This document shows, in pieces, positions 19,209 to 27,178 of a stretch of DNA of 56,024 nucleotides. The position numbers were made by a program, and so were the translations under genes. Location of the stretch: the NCBI GenBank assembly GCA_964537835.1, contig CAZICS010000004.1, forward strand, positions 1-56,024. Reading direction: 5' to 3'. The stretch's first letter is position 1. Each line of letters starts with the position of its first letter. The DNA comes from an uncultured archaeon. GTDB lineage: Archaea; Aenigmatarchaeota; Aenigmatarchaeia; CG10238-14; SCSR01. Below the pieces are notes generated by a model that was not told the origin of the DNA, did not search any database, and saw nothing but the letters and a program-made list of their open reading frames with translations.

Positions 19209-19375
19209 TCTTTTTTCTTCCAAATGGTTAGCTTGCACTTGCCACAGTACCATCTATCCCCATGGTCTGCCATGAAAGTTCCTTCCCCGCACCTTGTACA
19301 AACTTTTTTCTTCCTCTCAACCTTTCCTTCCTTAACTTCATAAAAGCTGCTAACTCTAACTGGTTTGTGCTTCAG
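19205..19375 (-). CDS. rps27ae: 30S ribosomal protein S27ae (eS31)
   Basis: KKVCTRCGEGTFMADHGDRWYCGKC. Start placed at CTG 19375 (5 nt after GGAGGTGA); GTG 19384 is the alternative. The track start at 19432 lies inside the rps24e tail. Confidence 0.9.
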   Translation of the reverse strand: MKHKPVRVSSFYEVKEGKVERKKKVCTRCGEGTFMADHGDRWYCGKCKLTIWKKKD

Positions 19376-19745
19376 AAATTTCACCTCCTTCTTTTTCTTT
19401 AATTTCTTCTTTAACCTCAGGCTTAGCTTCACTTTCCTCTTTAGCTTCTACTTTTTCTTGTGATTCTGCTTCTGGTTTAGCTTCTTCTTTAACTTCCTTT
19501 TTCTCTTCTTTTACTTCCGGTTTTTTCTTTAAAACTTTTACTTTAGCAAAAGATTCTGCAACTCCCTTTTTAGTAAAAATATAATCTATTTGGATTAGGC
19601 TAGCATCGACTGAAAGTTTGGACGCAAGCTCCTTCTTAAGCTCTTCTTTCGAAGGAGTTGGAGCGTTTAAGTGCTTTATATTAACCTTTACTTCTTTCCT
19701 TTCAAAGAATGGATTATCCTTTTCTTCCAAAATTTCTATCTCCAT
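19356..19745 (-). CDS. rps24e: 30S ribosomal protein S24e with acidic C-terminal extension
   Basis: MEIEILEEKDNPFFERKEV, PTPSKEEL, IFTKKG, followed by an E/K/A/P-rich tail. Confidence 0.94.
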   Translation of the reverse strand: MEIEILEEKDNPFFERKEVKVNIKHLNAPTPSKEELKKELASKLSVDASLIQIDYIFTKKGVAESFAKVKVLKKKPEVKEEKKEVKEEAKPEAESQEKVEAKEESEAKPEVKEEIKEKEGGEISEAQTS

Positions 19746-19746
19746 A

Positions 19747-19935
19747 TTAACCAACGTAGAGTGCATATCTTCCTGCTTCGCTTATGTTTAAAACTTTTGC
19801 GATTTCGCTTTCTGGATTCAAAATTACTACTAAACCTTTCCAGGTTGTTGACAAATTGGTTGATTTACAAGCTGGACAAGCTTTTTCTGTCGTAAACCTT
19901 CTACAATTCCTACAAACTTGCAATCTTTTTGGCAT
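19747..19935 (-). CDS. spt4: Transcription elongation factor Spt4 (RpoE'')
   Basis: CRNC...CPAC, WKGLVVILNPESEIAK, GRYAL. Confidence 0.95.
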   Translation of the reverse strand: MPKRLQVCRNCRRFTTEKACPACKSTNLSTTWKGLVVILNPESEIAKVLNISEAGRYALYVG

Positions 19936-19936
19936 G

Positions 19937-20491
19937 CTATTTCCCCTTTTTCTTCTTTTTCTTCTCTTCTTCCAACCAATGCAAAGCTCCTAAACCAGCT
20001 TGCCTCATGGTTAAACCTATTTTATTCTCCTCCTTTCCCAAGCTAACAGCTATAATCCTTGCTCTAACCTTATCCCCCTCTTTCAAAGTCTTTTTGGTTT
20101 GCTTTCCTAAAAACAAGGCATTCTTTGCATCGTAGCTAACAAAATCATCCATGAGCTGAGAAATGTGAACCAAACCATCTAAAGGACCTATTCTTACGAA
20201 AGAACCAAATTCTGTATTGTCTATTACCTCGCCCCAAACTAGCTCGTTAACTTCAGGCTTATAGGTTAGAAGCTTATACTTTGCTTGATAATGAACTCCT
20301 GCGTCGCCTGGCAAAATCTTTCCTTCTCCAACCTCTTCAACAGAAACAACTGCTAGAATTACACCGAGCCTTGCATCTATTTTACCTTCTAGCTGCTCTT
20401 CCAAAGCCTTTTTAACAGCTTCCTTAACCTTAGTGCTAAGCATTTCAGGAGGTACTCTTACCTTGCCTTCGATTGTAAATATCCTATACAT
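19937..20491 (-). CDS. rpoE1: RNA polymerase subunit E' (Rpo7)
   Basis: VRVPP, GKILPGDAG, FGSFVRIGPLDGLVHISQL, IGLTMRQAGLG. Confidence 0.96.
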   Translation of the reverse strand: MYRIFTIEGKVRVPPEMLSTKVKEAVKKALEEQLEGKIDARLGVILAVVSVEEVGEGKILPGDAGVHYQAKYKLLTYKPEVNELVWGEVIDNTEFGSFVRIGPLDGLVHISQLMDDFVSYDAKNALFLGKQTKKTLKEGDKVRARIIAVSLGKEENKIGLTMRQAGLGALHWLEEEKKKKKKGK

Positions 20492-20509
20492 TTACTCTAC
20501 CCCAAAAGC

Positions 20510-22468
20510 TTATAGTAAAGCATAAATTGCTATCAAGCTTGCAAAAAGCAGGGAAATCATGTTTATAACTTTTATCAGTGGATTTAAAGAGGGGCCTGCG
20601 GTATCCTTGCAGGGGTCTCCTACAGTATCGCCTATTACAGCAGCCTTGTGGGCTTCTGAGCCCTTTCCACCTAGAACACCTGCTTCTATATACTTTTTAG
20701 CATTATCCCATGCTGCCCCTGCATTAGCTAGGAATAAAGCTAGAAGCAAACCAGTAATTATAGCTCCTCCGAGCAAGCCTCCCAAAGCTTCTGGCCCAAG
20801 TATAAAACCAATCGCTAAAGGAGAGAGAATTGCTAAAATTCCTGGAAGAATTAGCTCTTTGAGCGCAGCTCTCGTGCTTATGTCTACGCACTTTGCATAA
20901 TCCGGCCTAGCCTTTCCTTGGAGCAAACCCTTAATCTCTTTGAACTGTCTTCTTACCTCTTCTATTATCGAGAAAGCTGCTCTTCCAACCGCGCTTAGAC
21001 AAAAAGATGAGAATAAGAAAGGTAAAGCTCCTCCTATGAATAAGCCAACCAAAACTTGAGAATTAAGCAAATCGAAGCTTGAAATTCCTGCAGCCTCGGC
21101 AAAAGCATCGAATATGGATAAAGCTGCTAGAGCAGCTGAGCCTATGGCAAAACCTTTGGTTACAGCTTTGGTTGTATTTCCAACAGCATCCAAAGCGTCT
21201 GTAACCTTTCTTACTTTTGCTGGTAATCCAGACATTTCAGCTATTCCTCCTGCATTATCCGTGATTGGCCCGTAGGAATCTATTGCTATTATTATTCCTG
21301 AGAGAGCAAGCATTCCTGTTGCCGCTATCGAAATTCCATAAACGCCAGCAAAAAAGTAAGAAACGAAAATTGCGATGCAAATTACCATTACCGAAGGCAA
21401 AGTGCTTAGCATCCCCATAGCTAAGCCAGTAATCACATTGGTTCCTGCTCCTGTTTTGGAAGCTTGGGCTATTTGCTGAACAGGCTTTCTTTCCCTAGAA
21501 GTGAAATAATCTGTAATCCAGCATATGGCTAGGGTTGTTATTATTCCTGTCAGAGAAGCGTAGAAAAGGTTGAACTGGTTGAAGAGATAGTAGGTTATTA
21601 AAAAGAAACCTATTGCAGCAAAGATGCAAGTAATTATTATTCCTCTATTCAAAGCTTTCCAGATATTTCTATCTCTCCCTAATCTTATCGAGAAAATTCC
21701 TATTAGCGAAGCAATTACTCCGGCTGAGCAAATTAGTAAAGGATAAACTATACCTTTAATTCCTAGAGAAATGCCCAGAAGCATGCTTGCGATTAGGGTT
21801 ACGACATAAGATTCAAAAACGTCGGCAGCCATTCCTGCGCAATCTCCTACATTATCTCCAACTTGGTCAGCTATTACTGCAGGATTTCTTGGATCATCTT
21901 CTGGAATTCCTTTCTCAACCTTTCCTACCAGATCAGCTCCCACATCTGCTGCTTTAGTGTAAATTCCTCCTCCAACTCTCATGAACAAGCTAATCAAGCT
22001 TGCCCCAAAGCCAAAGCCTATCAAAAGCTCTGGCTTTCCTAAAATTAAATATAAAGCTGTTATTCCAAGCAAGCCTAGGCCAACAACCATTAGGCCTGTA
22101 ACACTTCCCCCTTTTACAGCCAAATCCAAAGCTTTTTTCAACCCTCTTTTAGCTTTGTTTGCAACCCTAACGTTCGCTCTAACCGTAACATTCATTCCAA
22201 TAAAGCCAGCTAGAGCTGAACAAAAAGAACCAAGGATAAAAGTTAAAGCTGCTATCAAATTTATTGCAAAGTTTAAGATTAAAGCAAGGATTATAACTAT
22301 TGGCAACAAAGTTTTGTACTGTCTCTTCAAATAAGCCATAGCCCCCTCTTTTATTGCATCGGAAATTTTTTTCATTTTTTCTTCTCCTGAAGGCTGAGCC
22401 TTAACCCAAAGGGCTAGGAAAATTCCAGCTAGTAAAGCTAAAAGGCTTGAACCTATTACTAATTCCAT
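20510..22468 (-). CDS. hppA: Membrane-bound ion-translocating pyrophosphatase, K+-independent type
   Basis: GGGIYTKAADVGADLVGKVE, EDDPRNPAVIADQVGDNVGD, DSYGPITDNAGG, GNTTKA, GDTVGDPCKDTAGP. Confidence 0.96.
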   Translation of the reverse strand: MELVIGSSLLALLAGIFLALWVKAQPSGEEKMKKISDAIKEGAMAYLKRQYKTLLPIVIILALILNFAINLIAALTFILGSFCSALAGFIGMNVTVRANVRVANKAKRGLKKALDLAVKGGSVTGLMVVGLGLLGITALYLILGKPELLIGFGFGASLISLFMRVGGGIYTKAADVGADLVGKVEKGIPEDDPRNPAVIADQVGDNVGDCAGMAADVFESYVVTLIASMLLGISLGIKGIVYPLLICSAGVIASLIGIFSIRLGRDRNIWKALNRGIIITCIFAAIGFFLITYYLFNQFNLFYASLTGIITTLAICWITDYFTSRERKPVQQIAQASKTGAGTNVITGLAMGMLSTLPSVMVICIAIFVSYFFAGVYGISIAATGMLALSGIIIAIDSYGPITDNAGGIAEMSGLPAKVRKVTDALDAVGNTTKAVTKGFAIGSAALAALSIFDAFAEAAGISSFDLLNSQVLVGLFIGGALPFLFSSFCLSAVGRAAFSIIEEVRRQFKEIKGLLQGKARPDYAKCVDISTRAALKELILPGILAILSPLAIGFILGPEALGGLLGGAIITGLLLALFLANAGAAWDNAKKYIEAGVLGGKGSEAHKAAVIGDTVGDPCKDTAGPSLNPLIKVINMISLLFASLIAIYALL

Positions 22469-22839
22469 TAGCTAACCTCCAATCTTTTTTTTCCCCTCAA
22501 ATAAATAGTTTTTATACCTTTTACTTTTAATTTTTTTCTTAAGCTTAAATCGTTTGTTGCAACTAGGGTATTTTTGTCGGCTAGCTCTAGAATAGCCTCG
22601 TCAGCTGGCTTGTTAGTTTTTAAAATTTTAATTTTTTTGGAGTTTAAGAGTTTAAGAGCAAGCCTTGCAAATTTAGAATCTTTGGATTTGCTTCCAGCTA
22701 AAGTTTTTAATTCGTTTACTATTGAAGTTAAAGTTAAAAGCTGAAAAGGTCCGGCTAGTAAATTTTCTATCTGATTTAAATCAACTTTAAATTTAAAGCA
22801 GGAGATTAAAAAATTCGAGTCAAGCAAGACTTTTTTCAT
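22468..22839 (-). CDS. PIN-domain protein (Fcf1/Utp24-like)
   Basis: VLLDSNFL, IVNEL, PADEAI, VATNDLSLRKKL; canonical position after aIF2-gamma. Confidence 0.9.
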   Translation of the reverse strand: MKKVLLDSNFLISCFKFKVDLNQIENLLAGPFQLLTLTSIVNELKTLAGSKSKDSKFARLALKLLNSKKIKILKTNKPADEAILELADKNTLVATNDLSLRKKLKVKGIKTIYLRGKKRLEVS

Positions 22840-22902
22840 AATTTTTCTTTTCTGGTTAAATATTTATATTCACTTTTCCAAAATTTTAATTAAGGTGAAG
22901 AA

Positions 22903-23313
22903 ATGAAAGGAGTATCAACTGTTATAGCAACTATATTGATGCTGATGATAACTATAGCACTAGCAGGAATGGCTTATGTGTACATTTCAGGAGTTCTAAC
23001 AGGAACGACCGGAAAAACAATAAAACTTTTAGATGTAACCTGCGATCTAACAGCTGGTAATGAAAAAATAATTTTTACGGTGAAAAATTTAGATCCCAAA
23101 GCTTCGATAACTGTATCTACAGACCTCACATTCTTCTGGGACAATTCACCATTAACTGGTGTTACTTGTTCACCTGACCCAATACCAGCTAATGGTGGAA
23201 TATCACAGTGTACGTACAACTTCCCTGCTGGAGATGTTCCTAGTGCAGGCTCACCACATACAGGAAAGGTTGTAGGCCCATCAAACAAAGACGAAACATC
23301 AACTTATTGCTAA
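22903..23313 (+). CDS. Archaeal type IV pilin (class III signal peptide)
   Basis: MKG|VSTVIATILMLMITIALAGMAY; AAGGTGA SD; four Cys in the globular part. Confidence 0.9.
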   Translation: MKGVSTVIATILMLMITIALAGMAYVYISGVLTGTTGKTIKLLDVTCDLTAGNEKIIFTVKNLDPKASITVSTDLTFFWDNSPLTGVTCSPDPIPANGGISQCTYNFPAGDVPSAGSPHTGKVVGPSNKDETSTYC

Positions 23314-23364
23314 AGTGAGATGTAGAAATTTTATCTTTTTTTATCTTTTAGTTTAGGATAAATG

Positions 23365-24600
23365 TTATTTAACTATTCCATAACCAATTAATCTCCATCT
23401 TCTAGCTATTTGCCTTGAAATTACAACTTTTTCACCAGCTTCAACGCAAACAGGAATTTTCAAATCCAATTCAATCTCATCTTTCCTTACAGAAGTAGCT
23501 AACCCTAAGCTTCTTGCTGTTCCCGCATTTATTAATAAGGTTTCATTAGTTTTGATTGGCTCCAAAGCCTGCAATTCTTTTGAGCCAACTACTCTTTCTA
23601 AAAACCTGACTTCAAGCCTTAGGCTTTCTCTTACTTCAGGCAATTTTCCTGGCAGGCCTACTACATTTCCAACCAAAGAATCAGATTTAGTCAAGTAAGG
23701 GTCTAATTCTGTTAACACTCCTAACAAACCTCCAGGTCCAGCCTCTTCTAAGTCTATTCCGGCCTTTTGCAAACCTTTTACTCGAGTAAACAAAGGCTCA
23801 TACTTTCCATTAGTTTTAATTCCAGGCCTTATCTCTATTTCTTGACCAACTTTTAACTTCCCCTGAATTATCGCTCCTCCTAAAACTCCTCCTTTAAGTT
23901 TTTTTGGTTCTGTTCCTGGTTTATTAACATCAAAGCTTCTTGCAACCAACATTTTCAAATTTTTTGTTTCATCTCTTTTAGGTGTGGGTATATACCTTTC
24001 TATAGCTTCGATAACTGCCGGTATGTTAATCCTTTGCTGAGCAGAAACTGGAATTATTGGTGCATCTTCAATCAAGGTTCCTTTAATAAATTCTTTTATC
24101 TCTCTATAATTTTCCAAAGCTCTTTCCTTCGAAACCAAATCTATTTTATTTTGAACTATTACAACATTCTTAATTCCAACAATCTCCAAAGCTTTTAGAT
24201 GCTCCCTCGTTTGAGGCTGAGGACATTTTTGGTTCGCAGCTATTAACAATAAAGCTCCGTCCATCAAAGCAGCTCCTGTTAGGACAGTTGCCATCAAAGT
24301 TTCATGACCAGGTGCGTCAACGAAGCTAACAGTCCTTAAAATTTCGCAATCAGAAAAGCAAACAGGGCATTTGGGACTAGTGCAATAATGTCCTTTTTTA
24401 CATTTGTAGAAAGTTGCATCAGCATACCCTAACCTTATGGTTATTCCTCTTTTAAGCTCTTCTGAATGAGAAAGAGTTAATTTCCCAGTTAATGCATAAA
24501 CTAAAGTTGTTTTTCCATGAGCAACATGTCCTACTAGCCCAATGTTAACTTCAGGAATAAGCTTTGGATTAACTTCGCTTTTAGGCTTTACTTTCTCCAC
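23365..24600 (-). CDS. eif2g: Translation initiation factor 2 gamma subunit
   Basis: PEVNIGLVGHVAHGKTT, RGITIRLGY, Zn knuckle, FVDAPGHE, QTREHL, NKID, RWRLIGYG. Likely GTG start at 24600; the track start at 24678 lies inside the rps6e tail. Confidence 0.96.
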   Translation of the reverse strand: MEKVKPKSEVNPKLIPEVNIGLVGHVAHGKTTLVYALTGKLTLSHSEELKRGITIRLGYADATFYKCKKGHYCTSPKCPVCFSDCEILRTVSFVDAPGHETLMATVLTGAALMDGALLLIAANQKCPQPQTREHLKALEIVGIKNVVIVQNKIDLVSKERALENYREIKEFIKGTLIEDAPIIPVSAQQRINIPAVIEAIERYIPTPKRDETKNLKMLVARSFDVNKPGTEPKKLKGGVLGGAIIQGKLKVGQEIEIRPGIKTNGKYEPLFTRVKGLQKAGIDLEEAGPGGLLGVLTELDPYLTKSDSLVGNVVGLPGKLPEVRESLRLEVRFLERVVGSKELQALEPIKTNETLLINAGTARSLGLATSVRKDEIELDLKIPVCVEAGEKVVISRQIARRWRLIGYGIVK

Positions 24601-25219
24601 CTCCTTCCTCTCCTTTCTTCTCTTCCTTGGGTTTTTCTTCTTCCTTCTTTTCTTCTTTAACCTCAGGCTTAGCTTCACTTTCCTCTTTAGCTTCTACTTT
24701 TTCTTGTGGCTCTGCCTCTGGTTTAGCTTCTTCTTTTTCTAGTTTCTTTTCTTCTTTGGCCTCCTTTTTCTCTTCCTTTATTTCTTCTTTCCTCTCTGTT
24801 TTTTCCTCTTTTGGTTTCTCTTCTTTAGCTTCTTTTTTCTTAACAGGAAGTAATTCTTCAATTGATTTTTCTCCTTTTTTAACAATCTTACAATTTATTT
24901 GAGCAATATCTTCGCTAATTGTATTTCCTCTTACAGTCTTCCTCCTTCTTTCGCCTTTTCGCTTAGGATGAAAGCATGGAGGACCAGTTAACAAAACTTT
25001 TTTCCTTCCCATACCTTCTACTTGAGGATGCATAGGAAAGCCATCTTTATCAGTACCACCAGTTATCTTTAAAGTATAACCAGGTAATCCAATTATATCT
25101 CCATTAAATTCATCACCAATTTTTTTTCCGATTAAGCCTAAAGCTTTGGATTGTTCTATTTCAACTTGATAACTTTTTCTAGTTTCTGGATCGTTTATCA
25201 CAAACTTAAAAGTTGCCAA
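24581..25219 (-). CDS. rps6e: 30S ribosomal protein S6e with long acidic tail
   Basis: ATFKFVINDP, LKITGGTDKDGFPM, RRRKTVRGN, AQIN; TTG at 25219 follows AAGGTGA by 5 nt. Confidence 0.95.
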   Translation of the reverse strand: MATFKFVINDPETRKSYQVEIEQSKALGLIGKKIGDEFNGDIIGLPGYTLKITGGTDKDGFPMHPQVEGMGRKKVLLTGPPCFHPKRKGERRRKTVRGNTISEDIAQINCKIVKKGEKSIEELLPVKKKEAKEEKPKEEKTERKEEIKEEKKEAKEEKKLEKEEAKPEAEPQEKVEAKEESEAKPEVKEEKKEEEKPKEEKKGEEGGGESKA

Positions 25220-25293
25220 CCCCATCACCTTAAACTTTAATATTAGATTAATTATTTTTAAATCAATTTAAATCTTAAATTTAAGGGAGTTAC

Positions 25294-26400
25294 ATGGAAG
25301 GGAAGAAGAATGTATTGGATCCGTTTGGAACAAGTTTGATTACTGATTATTCTAGACTTTTTAAAGAATTTGGTTTAAAACCAATTACCCAAGAAATTTT
25401 AAAAAGAATAAAAAATCCAAGCAGATATTTAAGAAGAGGTATTACGTTCGCTCATAGAGATTTAGATAAATTTTTGAATGCTTTTGAAAAAGATGAACCA
25501 ATAGCTGTAATGTCAGGAATTAAACCAAGCAATGAATTTCATTTGGGAAGCAAGATGACTGCTGATGAAATAATTTATTATCAAAAGGAATTCAAAGCAA
25601 AGGTTTTTTATTGTATAGCTGATTTAGAAAGCTTAGTTGATAATCAAATTCCCTTAGAGGAAGCAAAAAAAATTGCAATAGGTAACGTTGCAGATATTTT
25701 AGCTCTAGGCTTAGACCCAAAAAATGCTTTCATTTATAGACAATCTCAAGAAAAAAGGGTAACAAACCTAGCTTATCTCTTTAGTAGAAAAATTACTTTA
25801 AACCATTTGAGAAGCTTGTACGGAGAAAGACATATTGGCTTGTATTTTGCTGCTTTTACTCAGGCTGGTGATATCTTATTACCTCAATTAAAAGATTTTG
25901 ACGGACCAAAACATGTTTTAGTTCCTGTGGGCATAGATCAGGATCCTCATATAAAGTTAACGAGAGATATAGTTGCAAGAGTAAAAGATCAGTTTAATTT
26001 TACACTACCCTCAGCAACCTATCATAAGCTTCAAAGATCTTTAAAAGGAGAATCAAAGATGAGTAAGAGAGATCCTATGTCTTTCTTAGTTTTGAATGAT
26101 AGTCCAGAAATTGCAAAGAAAAAAATTTTAAATGCAATAGATGGAGGAAGAAAAACTGCAAAAGAGCAAAGAGAGCTGGGGGGAGAGCCCGAAAAATGCG
26201 TAATTTATGAGCTTTGTCTATTCCATTTTATTGAGAACGATGAAGAACTGAAGAAATTGTATGAGGATTGTAAATCTGGAAAAATTTTATGCGGAGAGTG
26301 TAAGCAAAGAGTTGCAGAAATAGTTGCTAAATTTTTGGAAGAACATCAAAAAAGGAGAGAAAAGTTTATGGATAAAGCAAGAGAGATCTTAGAAGATTAA
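25294..26400 (+). CDS. trpS: Tryptophan--tRNA ligase
   Basis: SGIKPSNEFHLGS (HIGH), VPVGIDQDPH, KMSKRDP, DGGR...GGEP. Confidence 0.95.
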   Translation: MEGKKNVLDPFGTSLITDYSRLFKEFGLKPITQEILKRIKNPSRYLRRGITFAHRDLDKFLNAFEKDEPIAVMSGIKPSNEFHLGSKMTADEIIYYQKEFKAKVFYCIADLESLVDNQIPLEEAKKIAIGNVADILALGLDPKNAFIYRQSQEKRVTNLAYLFSRKITLNHLRSLYGERHIGLYFAAFTQAGDILLPQLKDFDGPKHVLVPVGIDQDPHIKLTRDIVARVKDQFNFTLPSATYHKLQRSLKGESKMSKRDPMSFLVLNDSPEIAKKKILNAIDGGRKTAKEQRELGGEPEKCVIYELCLFHFIENDEELKKLYEDCKSGKILCGECKQRVAEIVAKFLEEHQKRREKFMDKAREILED

Positions 26401-26401
26401 T

Positions 26402-27112
26402 ATGAAACCTTTTATTAGCATAATAGTACCAACCTTAAACGAGGAAAAGTATATTGAGAATTGCTTAAAGTCTATAAGAAATCAGGATTATGATGGAAAA
26501 TATGAAATTATAGTTTCTGATGGAGGTAGTAAGGATAAAACTGTAAAAATAGCAAGAAAATATGCGGATAGAGTGATAGTTTGTGAAAGAAGAGGGATAG
26601 GAATTCAGAGAAATAGAGGAGCTAAAGAAGCTAAAGGAGATATATTGATTTTTGTTGACGCTGATACAATTCTTTTGTTTGACACAATTTCTAAGCTGGT
26701 TAAACCTTTTAGAAAAAAGAAAGTAGTTGGAAGCACTTGTCCTATTCTCCCTTTAAGCCCAAAAGCTAGAGACTATTTTCTCTATTGGATAGCAAATCAG
26801 TTTGTAAAAAGTTCTATAAAATTGAATACCCCTCAAGTTTTTGGGGGTTGTTGCGCTTACAGAAAAGAGGCTTTTGAAAAAGTTAATGGTTTTAATGAAA
26901 ATCTTAAAACTCTTGAAGATTTGGATTTGGCTGAAAGGATTTCAAAACTTGGGGAAATTGTTTTGGTTGAAGATACCTTTGTTTTAACTTCACCTAGGAG
27001 AATTAAAAAATGGGGAAGAACTCAAGCTGCAAGGAAATATCTTTTGGGTTACTTAAACTATTTACTAATCGGAAAAGGATTTTCTGCCAAAGAATACAGA
27101 CCAATAAGATGA
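26402..27112 (+). CDS. GT2-family glycosyltransferase
   Basis: ISIIVPTLNEE, SDGGSKD, RNRGA, FVDAD, EDLD, TSPRR. Confidence 0.92.
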   Translation: MKPFISIIVPTLNEEKYIENCLKSIRNQDYDGKYEIIVSDGGSKDKTVKIARKYADRVIVCERRGIGIQRNRGAKEAKGDILIFVDADTILLFDTISKLVKPFRKKKVVGSTCPILPLSPKARDYFLYWIANQFVKSSIKLNTPQVFGGCCAYRKEAFEKVNGFNENLKTLEDLDLAERISKLGEIVLVEDTFVLTSPRRIKKWGRTQAARKYLLGYLNYLLIGKGFSAKEYRPIR

Positions 27113-27178
27113 AGTCTTTTTCATAGAAGAATAAAAACTCTATGCACGTTTTTAATATTTCAAACCAAATTTAAAATT

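Noticed and set aside
19376-19432. Identical N-termini MKLSLRLKKK predicted for rps27ae (19432) and aIF2-gamma (24678)
   Set aside because: Artefact of alternative-frame reading through the duplicated rps24e/rps6e tail; the real starts are downstream near the SD motifs.
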